DNA of 64,000 nucleotides from a virus (Duplodnaviria; Caudoviricetes): IMG/VR virus record IMGVR_UViG_2904200584_000016, positions 6,688 to 70,687 of that record; one strand, 5' to 3'. Shown piece by piece: positions 1 to 9,898 of this stretch (position 1 is its first letter; each line of letters starts with the position of its first letter). The notes under the pieces were generated by a model. It saw only the letters and a program-made list of their open reading frames with translations, ran no database searches and was not told where the DNA came from. The position numbers and the translations under genes were made by a program.

Positions 1-570
1 TTTCATATCTCCCTTTTCTCTTGATTTATCTTTTTCTAATTCAATAATGCAAATCTCTTCAAACAATTTTCTTTCAGTTAATGATTCTGGTTCATAATAT
101 TCTTTATATTCCTTATATTTTCTTTCTAAGATTTTATACTCATAATCATCAAAACCTCTTCCCCATTTTAATTTAATTTCATCATTTATGACTATATTTT
201 TATCATTATTATCTCCTGTATATATTTCTTTCAATAAATTATCTAAAGATGTCTTTCCCTTATATTTTGAGTTTCTATTAATAATTTTCATATATTCATC
301 TATTAATTCATCTTTATTTTTTTTATCTGCAAGTTCTTTAGCTAATTTTTCATCAAAATAAACATCAAAGTTGAAACATATATGTTTTAGTGCCTTTACA
401 AGTTCTCCATTGTAACACCCATTTAATAGTAAAAACCTAGCTCTAAAACATTCTTTGCATACTGGAAGTCTTTTATTTAAAGTAAATATTTCACTATGAC
501 TTTTCCAAAAATATCTATCTGTATATTTTTCTTCACCACAATTCAAACACTTTGTTTTACTAATTGCCAT
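1..570 (-). CDS. Phage protein with N-terminal CxxC...CxxC motif, SPbeta YonG-like; runs off the window edge
   Basis: Manual translation MAISKTKCLNCGEEK...LPVCKEC...KWGRGFDDYEY, open to base 1; lies downstream of yonK/yonJ-like genes as in SPbeta-like phages. Confidence 0.6.
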   Translation of the reverse strand, partial: MAISKTKCLNCGEEKYTDRYFWKSHSEIFTLNKRLPVCKECFRARFLLLNGCYNGELVKALKHICFNFDVYFDEKLAKELADKKNKDELIDEYMKIINRNSKYKGKTSLDNLLKEIYTGDNNDKNIVINDEIKLKWGRGFDDYEYKILERKYKEYKEYYEPESLTERKLFEEICIIELEKDKSREKGDMK

Positions 571-589
571 TCATAACATCACCACCATT

Positions 590-625
590 AAAAAAGACCA
601 CTAGAGATTTAGTTCTCTAGTGGTT
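590..625 (-). terminator. Intrinsic terminator
   Basis: ACCACTAGAGA...TCTCTAGTGGT hairpin followed by T-run on the minus strand. Confidence 0.6.
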
Positions 626-700
626 AATAGGGAGATTCAACCCAATTAAGAGCTGAATTAAATTTACAATATAAACTTAACTCAGCTCTTAATAAATAAC

Positions 701-1924
701 TTATAACTTACCTAAATTTATATTGTAAGTACATATTCTCCCACTTTCATTAAATATCATTAATTTTTGCATTGCGTATGAACTTAATCTTAGATTCTTA
801 GCATAAGAATCCGTTCCGGAGAAACTTCCATTTACACATATTTCACTTTCTCCATAATTATCTTCCTTACAATTGTGTAGATGAGCCATAAAGATATAAT
901 CAGGAATTAATTTTATAAGAGAGGTCAATTTAGGAATTGCTGTAGACATTTTATCTTTATCTCCATGTACTGCGAAACATGTATTTCCACATATTTTAGC
1001 TACTATTATGTCATTATCATATATATTTTCTTGGAATATTACATTGCCTAAACTTTTAATTCTTAGCTTTATATATTCATCTATTAATAGTGTAAAATTA
1101 TCTTTATCTAAATTTTCATCTTTTTTAGGAAGAACTCTATCATGATTTCCCCCAACTGAATAAACAGTAATTTTATCAATTTCTTTAGATAATTCATATA
1201 TAAATTCACTAAGTATTTCAGATACTTCTATAATTTGTTCAACTATATTTTCTCTATTTTCTAATCTTATAGAATTATGTATGTGCCCAGAAATTAAATC
1301 TCCAAGTAGCATTACATGCAGTTTCTTAATCTTATGCAACTTACTATATTCAATAATTTTATCTTTTAAATATTGTATTCTTATCTTGAATATTTCTGAA
1401 TTATATCTATTAAATGCATTAATAGTCTCTAATCCATAATGTATGTCTGAGATTAGCATAATAGCCTCTTGATTTGAAGATTCATAGCATTTGTAACTAG
1501 AATCACTTAGAAACGGCTTATGAAGTGATATATCATCTATTTTATTATTAAATAAATCAATTATATTATCCATTCTTGAATATTCTCTTATTTTCTTATT
1601 TACTAATGACCTTTCATCAGATAGTTGTACTTTTATCTTTTTTAACTCTAATATTTTCTCATTTATTTTATCAATCTCTTCTTGAGTAGAATTATTCTGT
1701 ATCTTAGAATTAAGATAATCAAAAGCCTCTTTCAACCCATAAGAAACCTTCCTACAATGGTCTGGAGAACATTCTAATCCTAATAGTTCAACTATCTCTC
1801 CCCAATCCAAATCTATCTCTTTATTAACCTTTGCAAGTCGTATTCTAATCCTATAGTCAACTAGTGACTCATCTTCTTTTTTCTTCAATATGTCTTCCAT
1901 ATTCAATATCTCCCTATTTATCAC
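701..1924 (-). CDS. Calcineurin-like metallophosphoesterase (SPbeta YonJ-like)
   Basis: Motifs SDIHYG, LLGDLISG, GGNHDR, VHGD, AHLH. Confidence 0.85.
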   Translation of the reverse strand: MINREILNMEDILKKKEDESLVDYRIRIRLAKVNKEIDLDWGEIVELLGLECSPDHCRKVSYGLKEAFDYLNSKIQNNSTQEEIDKINEKILELKKIKVQLSDERSLVNKKIREYSRMDNIIDLFNNKIDDISLHKPFLSDSSYKCYESSNQEAIMLISDIHYGLETINAFNRYNSEIFKIRIQYLKDKIIEYSKLHKIKKLHVMLLGDLISGHIHNSIRLENRENIVEQIIEVSEILSEFIYELSKEIDKITVYSVGGNHDRVLPKKDENLDKDNFTLLIDEYIKLRIKSLGNVIFQENIYDNDIIVAKICGNTCFAVHGDKDKMSTAIPKLTSLIKLIPDYIFMAHLHNCKEDNYGESEICVNGSFSGTDSYAKNLRLSSYAMQKLMIFNESGRICTYNINLGKL

Positions 1925-1976
1925 ATAAATATCATTATCAATGTATTAAGTAAAAAATAAATAGTCCAATATTGAT

Positions 1977-2165
1977 TTATTGGGCTATTATTTCACTTAA
2001 TCTTATCGTTATGTTTAAATCTGTATCACCAGTATACTTATCCAAAACATCACTAAGTAATACTTCATGGTCTCCATCTTTCAAATGTTCTATAATTTTA
2101 TATGTATTATTTTCTTGTTTTATTATTTCACATTTTTCTAATACTGTTCCTTTATTATTTTTCAT
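1977..2165 (-). CDS. YonK-like small phage protein
   Basis: 62 aa; IIEHLKDG...LSDVLDKY pattern; directly upstream of the phosphoesterase as in SPbeta. Confidence 0.55.
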   Translation of the reverse strand: MKNNKGTVLEKCEIIKQENNTYKIIEHLKDGDHEVLLSDVLDKYTGDTDLNITIRLSEIIAQ

Positions 2166-2214
2166 GTACTCTCACCTTTTTTATAATTTTATTAACTCTA
2201 CTGGGAATATATTT

Positions 2215-2512
2215 ATTTGCAAATTAGGCAGCCTTGTAGCTAACAATAGCTAATATAAGTTAACGCATTTAGCATTTATCAAGGATTTTCTATAACTTTT
2301 TTATTTTATTTTTACTATTTTAATAATTTAATCTTTTATCCTTGAGATTTTATATTTGAATTTTTAACTTTAAGCTTTATATCTATTGTTCTCTTTTATA
2401 CAGTACAATCGTTTCGTTTGTATGTACCCATCACTTTTATATAAGCAGTTTGATTTTTAACCCAAAATCAAATGGGAACTTATAATTTATGTTATTCACC
2501 TAACCTGCAAAT
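2215..2512 (-). ncRNA. Putative ~300-nt structured ncRNA downstream of the DUF6847-like gene
   Basis: 14-bp closing stem (2215-2228 with 2499-2512, two G-U pairs); internal helices 2449-2472, 2403-2427, 2279-2286/2338-2345, 2237-2252; no credible ORF. Confidence 0.6.
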
Positions 2513-2534
2513 TAAAAAATAGTCCAATTAAGGA

Positions 2535-3152
2535 CTATTTTAAATCTACATCTATAATTGTAAGTGCATTTGATGTACTTAATGCGAAATCAACTTCTTT
2601 TTCAAATTCTTCTATTTCATCCCTTAACTTTTCTATTTTCTCTCTTACTTTTAAAGGGTCTACTAAAGACCATTCCTGTTGTTTTTTATAAAATGAAATA
2701 AGTTCTGCTCCATCTTTACTTTTTTCTTTTTCCTCAAACATTTTGTCTGTATTTCTTTGCACTTCTTCATTTCTACGATTTACTTCAGACATCATACAAT
2801 CATAGTTACTAACCATTTGTCTCAATAAAGATTTATCTAATTCTATACTATTTTTTCTTTTTATTGCTTCTAAAACTGTATAATTTTTATTACCAATTTG
2901 AACATTTGTTATAGCATTAGAGATATTAATTGCTTTATCTAATGCATTATAATTATATATTAAATCTTCTATTTGCTGGTATTTACTTGAAACTTCTACA
3001 TTAAAATCTTCTACGCTTGTTTTTGTTTCATATACATTTTTATCAGAACCTTTTTTAGTACCTACAATTCTAAAATTATCAATACATCTGTCTATCTTAT
3101 CTTCTAACAATTTCTTTTCTGCTAAAGCTTTATGGACATTATATTTAACCAT
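2535..3152 (-). CDS. Coiled-coil protein, DIP1984/DUF6847-like
   Basis: Pattern HKALAEKKLL...AINISNAITNV...TVLEAIKRK...LVDPL...EVDFALSTSNALT recalled from this family. Confidence 0.6.
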   Translation of the reverse strand: MVKYNVHKALAEKKLLEDKIDRCIDNFRIVGTKKGSDKNVYETKTSVEDFNVEVSSKYQQIEDLIYNYNALDKAINISNAITNVQIGNKNYTVLEAIKRKNSIELDKSLLRQMVSNYDCMMSEVNRRNEEVQRNTDKMFEEKEKSKDGAELISFYKKQQEWSLVDPLKVREKIEKLRDEIEEFEKEVDFALSTSNALTIIDVDLK

Positions 3153-3207
3153 AAAAACATCTCCCTTTTAATTAAAATATTATTTAAAAATAATAAACTC
3201 TTTTTAT

Positions 3208-3275
3208 TGGAAGAGAGGAAGGGATTTGAACCCTCGTATCAAATTAATTGACCTAATAGTTTAGCAAACTATCTC
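3208..3275 (-). pseudogene. tRNA-Ser(GCT) 3' portion; 5' acceptor strand and D-arm not recognisable
   Basis: Minus strand: anticodon arm ATAGT-TTGCTAA-ACTAT, long variable arm, T-arm GAGGGTTCAAATCCCTT, CCA end. Confidence 0.7.
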
Positions 3276-3357
3276 TGCTAATTGTGTTAATTTTTAGCAT
3301 ATTCTAGGTTTGCTACCATATGTCACCATATGAAAGGGCTTTTAACCCATACACTCT

Positions 3358-3636
3358 CTATATAATTGCATCTTTTAAAGATTTAGCTATTTTTAATTTT
3401 GGAACTCTTTTTTCCTCAGTTTTCCAAGGTTTTTTAGTTCCATCTTTAAGAGTTATTTCTCCTTCTTTACCTTTTTGTATTTTAGTTAGGTATTTAACTC
3501 CCATCAACGTCAATTCTTCACCATCTTGTAGTACTTCGTTTCTTTTTTTTTCTATCACATCAAGTATCTCTCTTACTCTTATCTGTGATATACCTAATTC
3601 TTCTGCTACTTCTTTTAAAAAATCTACTTTTTTCAT
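3358..3636 (-). CDS. HU/IHF-family DNA-binding protein
   Basis: 92 aa; MKKVDFLKEVAE...GEELTLMG...VPKLKIAKSLKDAI. Confidence 0.85.
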   Translation of the reverse strand: MKKVDFLKEVAEELGISQIRVREILDVIEKKRNEVLQDGEELTLMGVKYLTKIQKGKEGEITLKDGTKKPWKTEEKRVPKLKIAKSLKDAII

Positions 3637-3769
3637 ATCTTCTTAATCTCCCTTTTCTTATATAATTTTCATTTGATAATAGTAAGGAATAATTTTATTA
3701 TTTTTATTAATCCCTTACATAAGTAATATGTTTTAAGCGACCCTTTTTTAAACCACTTTTCCCCACCAG

Positions 3770-5212
3770 CTAATTACAGTTTTTACAATTTGAACGATAT
3801 CCCTTTTTACCATTTTTATCAAACCTAGATAGCAACTTAATTTTTCCACATCTGCTACATTTTTTATATTTTCCTTTACAAACAGATATATAATAATAAT
3901 TTTCTTCATAGTTTTTCTCATATGCATCTATTATTTTGTTCACTATTTTATTTATTTGATTATTTATTGCTTGAGGAGTTATATTCATTAAATTTGAAAT
4001 AAACTCTAATGATTTATCTTTTCTATATAAATTTAAAATATCTTTTTGTACTGTGGTAAATTCAATTTTAGATATAATATTATTTAAATCCATAACTATA
4101 CATGTTAAATCATCTTGCAAATCATTACCCTTTTGAATCTTTAAAAGCTCTTTAACATGTGATTTATCAAACATATCTAAATAGTCCCATTCTGGGCTTC
4201 CTGCATCTGCTAATGGTGCTTTCCATATAATTGGTCTCTCTATAGAATTTTTAACATCAGTCATATCATTTTTTAATGCATTTAAATTTTTCCTAACCAT
4301 TCTCTTAAGTTTTAACTCTTCTTTACTTAATTGTTTATGTCCTAATTCTTTATATTTAGCTTTATACCATTCATAAGTATCTGAGTATGTTTTTATAATT
4401 GGATATTTTTTAATATCTTTAGGTTTAACTTTTATATCTTTTATTTTTTTATAGTTTTTAGGTAATTGAAAAAATGCAAAGGAATTGTCTTCTAGGAATC
4501 CATCTTTATTAGAAGTGTTTGAATTTATATTTCCACCATTTGCAGGTGCTATTTTATTTAGAAGTGCTTCTTCCTGACATGCTCTATTAAATAACTCTTT
4601 TGAATTGTATATTCTTATTTTAGTTTCCTTAGGTTTATCATCTACTGAGAGTATATAGCTCCCCATTATTTCTAATGTTTTTGCTATATTAGAAGTAGAA
4701 TATATACTGTCATCTTTATTTAATATCAACTTAATTTTCGATGTATTATGATGTGTGTACTCCCATGTACCATTACTATTACTAAAAGGATTTTTAACAT
4801 TTATATATTCGATTGGATTAATTTGATTATAGCCACACCAAGTAATGAATCTATTATAATCCATAACTACTTCTTCTCCATCAATAGTAACATAATATAC
4901 ACCATCTTTATCTAGAGGACTATCTGATGTTTGCTCAAATATATTTTCCCAAAATTTATCATTGAATTGTTTTTTTTCTTGATATTTCACTCTAGTAATA
5001 ATATTCTCATTTCTCTTTGTAAGAGTATTATAAAATGTATCTATATAATTTCTATTTGACTCTTCAAACCACGTGTGTTTTACCCCTAATCGTTCCTCTA
5101 TGTATTTAATTCTATCTTTGCTATTGTCTATGCTATAATCTAAATTCTTTATGTAATCTTGTGCAGATTTGCCATCTATTTCTTCATAAAAATTGTTATT
5201 ATTATATATCAA
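3770..5212 (-). CDS. Phage protein with C-terminal sigma-region-4-like HTH and CxxC...CxxC Zn finger
   Basis: FTTVQKDILNLY...ISNLMNITPQAINNQI and CSRC...CKNC. Confidence 0.55.
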   Translation of the reverse strand: MIYNNNNFYEEIDGKSAQDYIKNLDYSIDNSKDRIKYIEERLGVKHTWFEESNRNYIDTFYNTLTKRNENIITRVKYQEKKQFNDKFWENIFEQTSDSPLDKDGVYYVTIDGEEVVMDYNRFITWCGYNQINPIEYINVKNPFSNSNGTWEYTHHNTSKIKLILNKDDSIYSTSNIAKTLEIMGSYILSVDDKPKETKIRIYNSKELFNRACQEEALLNKIAPANGGNINSNTSNKDGFLEDNSFAFFQLPKNYKKIKDIKVKPKDIKKYPIIKTYSDTYEWYKAKYKELGHKQLSKEELKLKRMVRKNLNALKNDMTDVKNSIERPIIWKAPLADAGSPEWDYLDMFDKSHVKELLKIQKGNDLQDDLTCIVMDLNNIISKIEFTTVQKDILNLYRKDKSLEFISNLMNITPQAINNQINKIVNKIIDAYEKNYEENYYYISVCKGKYKKCSRCGKIKLLSRFDKNGKKGYRSNCKNCN

Positions 5213-5214
5213 TA

Positions 5215-5463
5215 TTATATCTCCTTTCCTTGCAATCCATCATCATAATCTGTATCATCATAATCCCATAGTTCATCCTTAAAATCCTCCTTATGCCTTT
5301 CATTTACAATATCATATGAAGACCTTTTACTCATCTCTGTGTATGTATCTATCATTTGTTCATATTCCTCATTTAATATTTGATACCTATTTTTATGTAC
5401 GCCTGTTTTCTCTGATTCATCTAAATCTTCTAAATATATTAATTCTACTTTTTTCTCTTTCAT
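5215..5463 (-). CDS. Acidic hypothetical protein
   Basis: ORF with AGGAG RBS, in operon. Confidence 0.6.
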   Translation of the reverse strand: MKEKKVELIYLEDLDESEKTGVHKNRYQILNEEYEQMIDTYTEMSKRSSYDIVNERHKEDFKDELWDYDDTDYDDGLQGKEI

Positions 5464-5504
5464 ACTTCTCCTTTTCTATATTGTAAGATTTTAAATTAAT
5501 TTTC

Positions 5505-5556
5505 TTGGTCACATTTCTGTGCCGTTTTTTTTGCCTTTTGGTCACATTTCTGTGCC
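5505..5556. repeat. Two 19-bp direct repeats TTGGTCACATTTCTGTGCC (iteron-like)
   Basis: Copies at 5505-5523 and 5538-5556, 33-bp period, just downstream of a Rep-like gene. Confidence 0.75.
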
Positions 5557-5641
5557 ACCCCTAAATTTAATTTTTTAACTGTTTTTCCTATATTTTTGTT
5601 AATTTTTACAGTTCATTACCTCTTATTCTTAGACAGACTTT

Positions 5642-6520
5642 CTAAATACAATTAAAAAAGCATAAATCAATTGTTTTCTTTGCTAAATTTAAATTATTTC
5701 CCTTCCATATTACACAAGGATTTATAATGAAATAGTCTGTATTTTTGTTATTCCCTTCAACTATTACATATTTAAAAAAATAATATTTATCATCTTCTAC
5801 CTTTATATAAAATCTAAGTAATTCCTTTTTAAATTTGTTCATATCTTGTTTTATTGTACTAATATTTAATAATTGACAAATTTTATATAAACTAATTTTT
5901 TTTATTTTTGAAATATCTGTTTCATGAGGGTTTAAACATAAGATATTACTCTCGAAATGTATATATGGTATGAGTTGATATATATAACTTAATTGTTTAT
6001 GTTGTCTTGGTGTGCAATGTTCAAAAAGAAATCTACTAGTATTTATATATATTCTTGTATATTCTTTATTTTCAAAATTAGGAATTCCTTTAGTAAAATA
6101 TTTTGAATTTATATAAAATTTATTATTAGATTCATATAATAACTCACATTTTTTTACGTCTGCTAAAAAATTTCTAAATGCCCTATCTTTAAGATTTAAT
6201 ATTTTTCTCATGTTTTTTCTATCTATAGGAATCATTTCTTTAAACTGAGAATATCTAACCAATAAATTTTCTTCTCCTGTATTATAGTTTAGATATGTTG
6301 CGAGATATATTAATCTACTTATATTAGCTTTACTTATATTTACTTCATTAAATAATAATTCATTTTTAACATAAGTACAAAATACAAAACCTCCTAATTT
6401 AAAATTATGGTATGGTAATTCTTTTTTATTATTGATAATAGCCCTTTGCTCTGGAGAAAAACTCTTTTTTCTCTTTCCAATTTCAAGTACCTCACCTCTT
6501 TTCATCCCTTTATGCTCCAA
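5642..6520 (-). CDS. RepL-like winged-helix replication/DNA-binding protein
   Basis: RLIYLATYLNY...FYINSKYF...FIINP; frame stays open upstream (DKRTGEI), so the true start may be a non-canonical codon near 6584. Confidence 0.5.
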   Translation of the reverse strand: MEHKGMKRGEVLEIGKRKKSFSPEQRAIINNKKELPYHNFKLGGFVFCTYVKNELLFNEVNISKANISRLIYLATYLNYNTGEENLLVRYSQFKEMIPIDRKNMRKILNLKDRAFRNFLADVKKCELLYESNNKFYINSKYFTKGIPNFENKEYTRIYINTSRFLFEHCTPRQHKQLSYIYQLIPYIHFESNILCLNPHETDISKIKKISLYKICQLLNISTIKQDMNKFKKELLRFYIKVEDDKYYFFKYVIVEGNNKNTDYFIINPCVIWKGNNLNLAKKTIDLCFFNCI

Positions 6521-6679
6521 TATTTCTCCTGTTCTTTTGTCTGTTACAATAACATCTTTTATAAATTCATTACCTCTAACTATAAATATCTACCTCTTTT
6601 CTTATAAATTTTATTTCAATTACAAGATAAAAACTATCTTGCAATTGTTCTTCGCAACATGTTGCTTCAGAAATTTTAT

Positions 6680-6729
6680 TACCCTCTATGTTCTATTTCT
6701 ATTATATCATACACCCTCTATGTTCTCAA
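6680..6729 (-). promoter_or_regulatory. SigA promoter TTGAGA-17-TATAAT with two copies of a shared 14-bp operator
   Basis: Same architecture at 39555-39610 and 59229-59284; single site at 22576. Confidence 0.7.
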
Positions 6730-6775
6730 TATTTTTTTAATATCTACCCAAAATTTCTTGAGTAGATATTTTCAT

Positions 6776-7048
6776 TTAATCTGGCATATTATTAAATATA
6801 TTCTTAATAATAGAATTTTCTTTTTTTATATCTTTTTTTTCTTCAGTAACACTTGTCTTTTTATTTGTCCTATATACACCATTGCCTAAACATTGTTTTA
6901 ATAATTTATTTTCTTCTTGAAGATTTTTCCACTCTAATATTATTCTTTCCAAAGCTGTATTTCTACTGCTTATATTTTTATCATTTTGATACTTTTCTAT
7001 TTCACCAAATATATCTTCTTCTAAATAAAAGCTAGATGATTTTTTCAT
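6776..7048 (-). CDS. ParR-like ribbon-helix-helix adaptor
   Basis: KSSSFYLEED...SSRNTALERII RHH pattern plus coiled coil; directly downstream of parM. Confidence 0.7.
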   Translation of the reverse strand: MKKSSSFYLEEDIFGEIEKYQNDKNISSRNTALERIILEWKNLQEENKLLKQCLGNGVYRTNKKTSVTEEKKDIKKENSIIKNIFNNMPD

Positions 7049-7060
7049 ATAATATCACTC

Positions 7061-7975
7061 CTAGAATTGTTCCATACCTACTTCAAATAATCCTTTGGCC
7101 GTAACCATTTGAGCGTCTTTAGAGACTTTGAATCTATTATCAAATGTCATATGTAGCGCAGTACCTCCACTTACATATACATCCATTTCATCTATATTTT
7201 TCCACTTAGAAGCTATTCTTTGAGCTGTACTTTCAGACGCCATAATATAGGCAGCCTTTTTAAGTTCATCATAATCACTAGAACTATCTATTTCATTAAG
7301 CTCTCTTATTATACCTCTATCTTTAAGTTGTTTTTGAACTATTGTTAAAGCATCTTGATTTCCAGCTTCTAATGTATCTGATAGTTTGTCATTAAATACA
7401 AAACCTTTTTCAAAGTAGGATAATTCTGTGGTTCTAAATCCTATATGAGCCACACCAACCGCCTTATCTTCATTCACTTCACCTTCTAACAAATGATATA
7501 AAGCAGCATCCCCTTCTCTAAATATGGATATGTCAGATATTTTTATTTCTTTATACCCACCCTTTATTTTATCTTTTATTTTGAATGTCTTACCTTTATA
7601 TGCCTCTAGAACCTCTTTAAGTGTAGTTTTTCTAAATGATTTATATGGAACACCCAACATTATTTTTACTTCATCAGCTACAGTTATTTCATTAAGAGCA
7701 GCAGCAACTAATATTCTCATTGTCAAAGATATTTTAGAGTCATCAGAATTTCTTATAGGTGTTATACTTTCTTTTTCCGCTAGTAAACCAATAAAATAAC
7801 TTACACCTTCAAAATCTATGTATATTGGATTTTCATATTTCTCAAAATCTATGTTTCTTCCATCACCAAATACTGATTTGAATAAACATTCTTTAACCAT
7901 TCCATTGTACTTACTATATCCTTTTACGTATCCTCTTCCTATATCTAAGCCTATAACTTGGTAATTTTCTTCCAT
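7061..7975 (-). CDS. parM: ParM/StbA actin-like segregation ATPase
   Basis: GLDIGRGYVK, LGVPY, FREGDAA, HIGFRTT, VSGGTA motifs; GGAGG RBS supports a start at 7975 rather than 8053. Confidence 0.9.
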   Translation of the reverse strand: MEENYQVIGLDIGRGYVKGYSKYNGMVKECLFKSVFGDGRNIDFEKYENPIYIDFEGVSYFIGLLAEKESITPIRNSDDSKISLTMRILVAAALNEITVADEVKIMLGVPYKSFRKTTLKEVLEAYKGKTFKIKDKIKGGYKEIKISDISIFREGDAALYHLLEGEVNEDKAVGVAHIGFRTTELSYFEKGFVFNDKLSDTLEAGNQDALTIVQKQLKDRGIIRELNEIDSSSDYDELKKAAYIMASESTAQRIASKWKNIDEMDVYVSGGTALHMTFDNRFKVSKDAQMVTAKGLFEVGMEQF

Positions 7976-8280
7976 TTTCATTCCTCCTAAGTAAATATTT
8001 GCTAAATATATTATACCATATAAAAACTTGATAATTACATTAAATTTGCACAAAAATTCAACTATAAAATGACATTTTTTAGTTATTAGTTAAAATTAGC
8101 ACTAAATTAGAACTATATATAATTTAAATTTAAACCAATAATTTATTATTAAAAATTTTTAGTTAATATTTAAATTATATATCAACTATTTTCAAATCAA
8201 TAAATCAATTTCTTTAACTATACTATTTATGTTTTTTTAGATGTCAATTTTAATTTTAAGTAAAATATTGAAACTTATTT

Positions 8281-8805
8281 TTTTACAGACGACATTTTAA
8301 TTCTAATTTAATAAATCTTCCTATATTTCAAGTTATTTTTTGTATTTAATATTTTTATATGTATTAGTTATTTTTATGTAATCAATACATACACTTTTAT
8401 TTTATATTTTCCTTGTTGAGAATGTAATTTAAGAGTAAAAATCTAAGAAATATCTTTAGATAAATATTTGTTTTATGAGGAAAATACAGAGCTATTTCGT
8501 CTGTAAATCCGTCTGCAATTTTTTTGAAATGTGGAAATGAAAGGACTACACACAAAATCCTACTGACAAACAAGCCACTTTCCATAAAATACCCCCTACT
8601 TCATTTTTATTTATTTTAATATATAAAATACTCTATTTACTTTATTTAATTAATAAAAGTATTACTTTTATCTTATTTTAAAAATCTATGTTTTTGTCAG
8701 TAAAAAGGACATAAAAATAAGTATTTTATGCCATTTTCCTAAAACCTAGTATTTTCAACACTTACAACAACTACACTTTCTATTTTGTCAGTAAAATGTC
8801 AGTCA
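8281..8805. repeat. Dispersed YGTCWGTAAA-type repeats upstream of parM (candidate parC or origin)
   Basis: Copies at ~8281 (rev), 8497, 8509, 8561 (rev), 8693, 8784, 8796 in a non-coding AT-rich region. Confidence 0.5.
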
Positions 8806-9078
8806 TTATAATTCTTAGACTACAAACCTGTTGCAATCACTGCATTTCAATTTTTAGTTGTTAATATCTATATAAAATATTATTTTGCTATAGAACAAAT
8901 TTTTTTTATGGATTATAAAGTCTTATATACATCATTTTAGCATTAATCTGACATCTTCGAATATCAACTCACAACCTTATTGCCATATTTTTCTTGACAA
9001 ATTTGTCATTATTATATATAATTTAATTAAGATAAGAATTAATCTTATCTATACAATTCAATATTAGGGGGTGACGTT

Positions 9079-9237
9079 ATGAGAATAACAAAAGGCAAAA
9101 TAAAAGAGCTAATCGAGTTGTGCCACCAACTTGAAAAGCTCTTTGTACAAGTATTTAAATCACTTGAACATATTTTGATTTCTTTATGTTCTTGTATCGG
9201 TTGGTTATTAATACTTATATACATAATTAAACATTAA
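9079..9237 (+). CDS. 52-aa membrane peptide, putative type I toxin
   Basis: MRITKGKIKELIELCHQLEKLFVQVFKSLEHILISLCSCIGWLLILIYIIKH; AGGGGG RBS; promoter TTGACA(8994)-17-TATAAT(9017). Confidence 0.6.
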   Translation: MRITKGKIKELIELCHQLEKLFVQVFKSLEHILISLCSCIGWLLILIYIIKH

Positions 9238-9321
9238 TAACCAATGCAATATACCTATAAAAATATATCTCTATAGGTATATTGTAACACACCTAATATT
9301 GAAAGTAAACGAGGTGATGAC

Positions 9322-9423
9322 ATGAGTCAACATATTAAAAACACTTTAAAAATAATAAAGATACTAGGTTTATTATTCTTCTTATATTTTGCACTTAGAG
9401 CAATATATATTGTTTATCTTTAA
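9322..9423 (+). CDS. 33-aa hydrophobic peptide
   Basis: MSQHIKNTLKIIKILGLLFFLYFALRAIYIVYL with GAGGTG RBS. Confidence 0.55.
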   Translation: MSQHIKNTLKIIKILGLLFFLYFALRAIYIVYL

Positions 9424-9489
9424 TATCTTTATTGAGTTACTTATACATTAAGCAACTCTTTTTTGTTATAATATTAATGAGGTGATAGC

Positions 9490-9681
9490 ATGAAATTAGA
9501 AAAATTAATTGATATAAGAAAAGAAAAAAAATATTCTCAAGAGGATATTGCTAGAATGTTAGACATATCTTTAAGAAATTATCACAGAAAAGAAAAAGGA
9601 GAGAATCAATTTACAGTAAGTGAATTAGAGAAAATATGTAGCTATTTAGATATAGAATCAAAAGAACTACTTGACATATAG
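9490..9681 (+). CDS. XRE/Cro-type HTH regulator
   Basis: RKEKKYSQEDIARML...YHRKEKGENQFTVSEL. Confidence 0.9.
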   Translation: MKLEKLIDIRKEKKYSQEDIARMLDISLRNYHRKEKGENQFTVSELEKICSYLDIESKELLDI

Positions 9682-9898
9682 TAATATAATCTACTCAAGG
9701 TAGTACTTAACATTAAATAAAATAATTTAATAATATAAAATAGACTAGATTATAGCTAGTCTATTTTATTATAATAACATATTGTACAAGCCATTTAAAT
9801 CCATTCTAAGCACATTTCAATGCATTCGCCTTATGTTTTTATATACCTTTAATCTTTAAAATTAAATATAAAAATAAGCTAGAGTATATATGTCTAGC

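Noticed and set aside
8397-8585. 62-aa ORF upstream of parM
   Set aside because: No recognisable features and it overlaps the repeat field; not enough support to call
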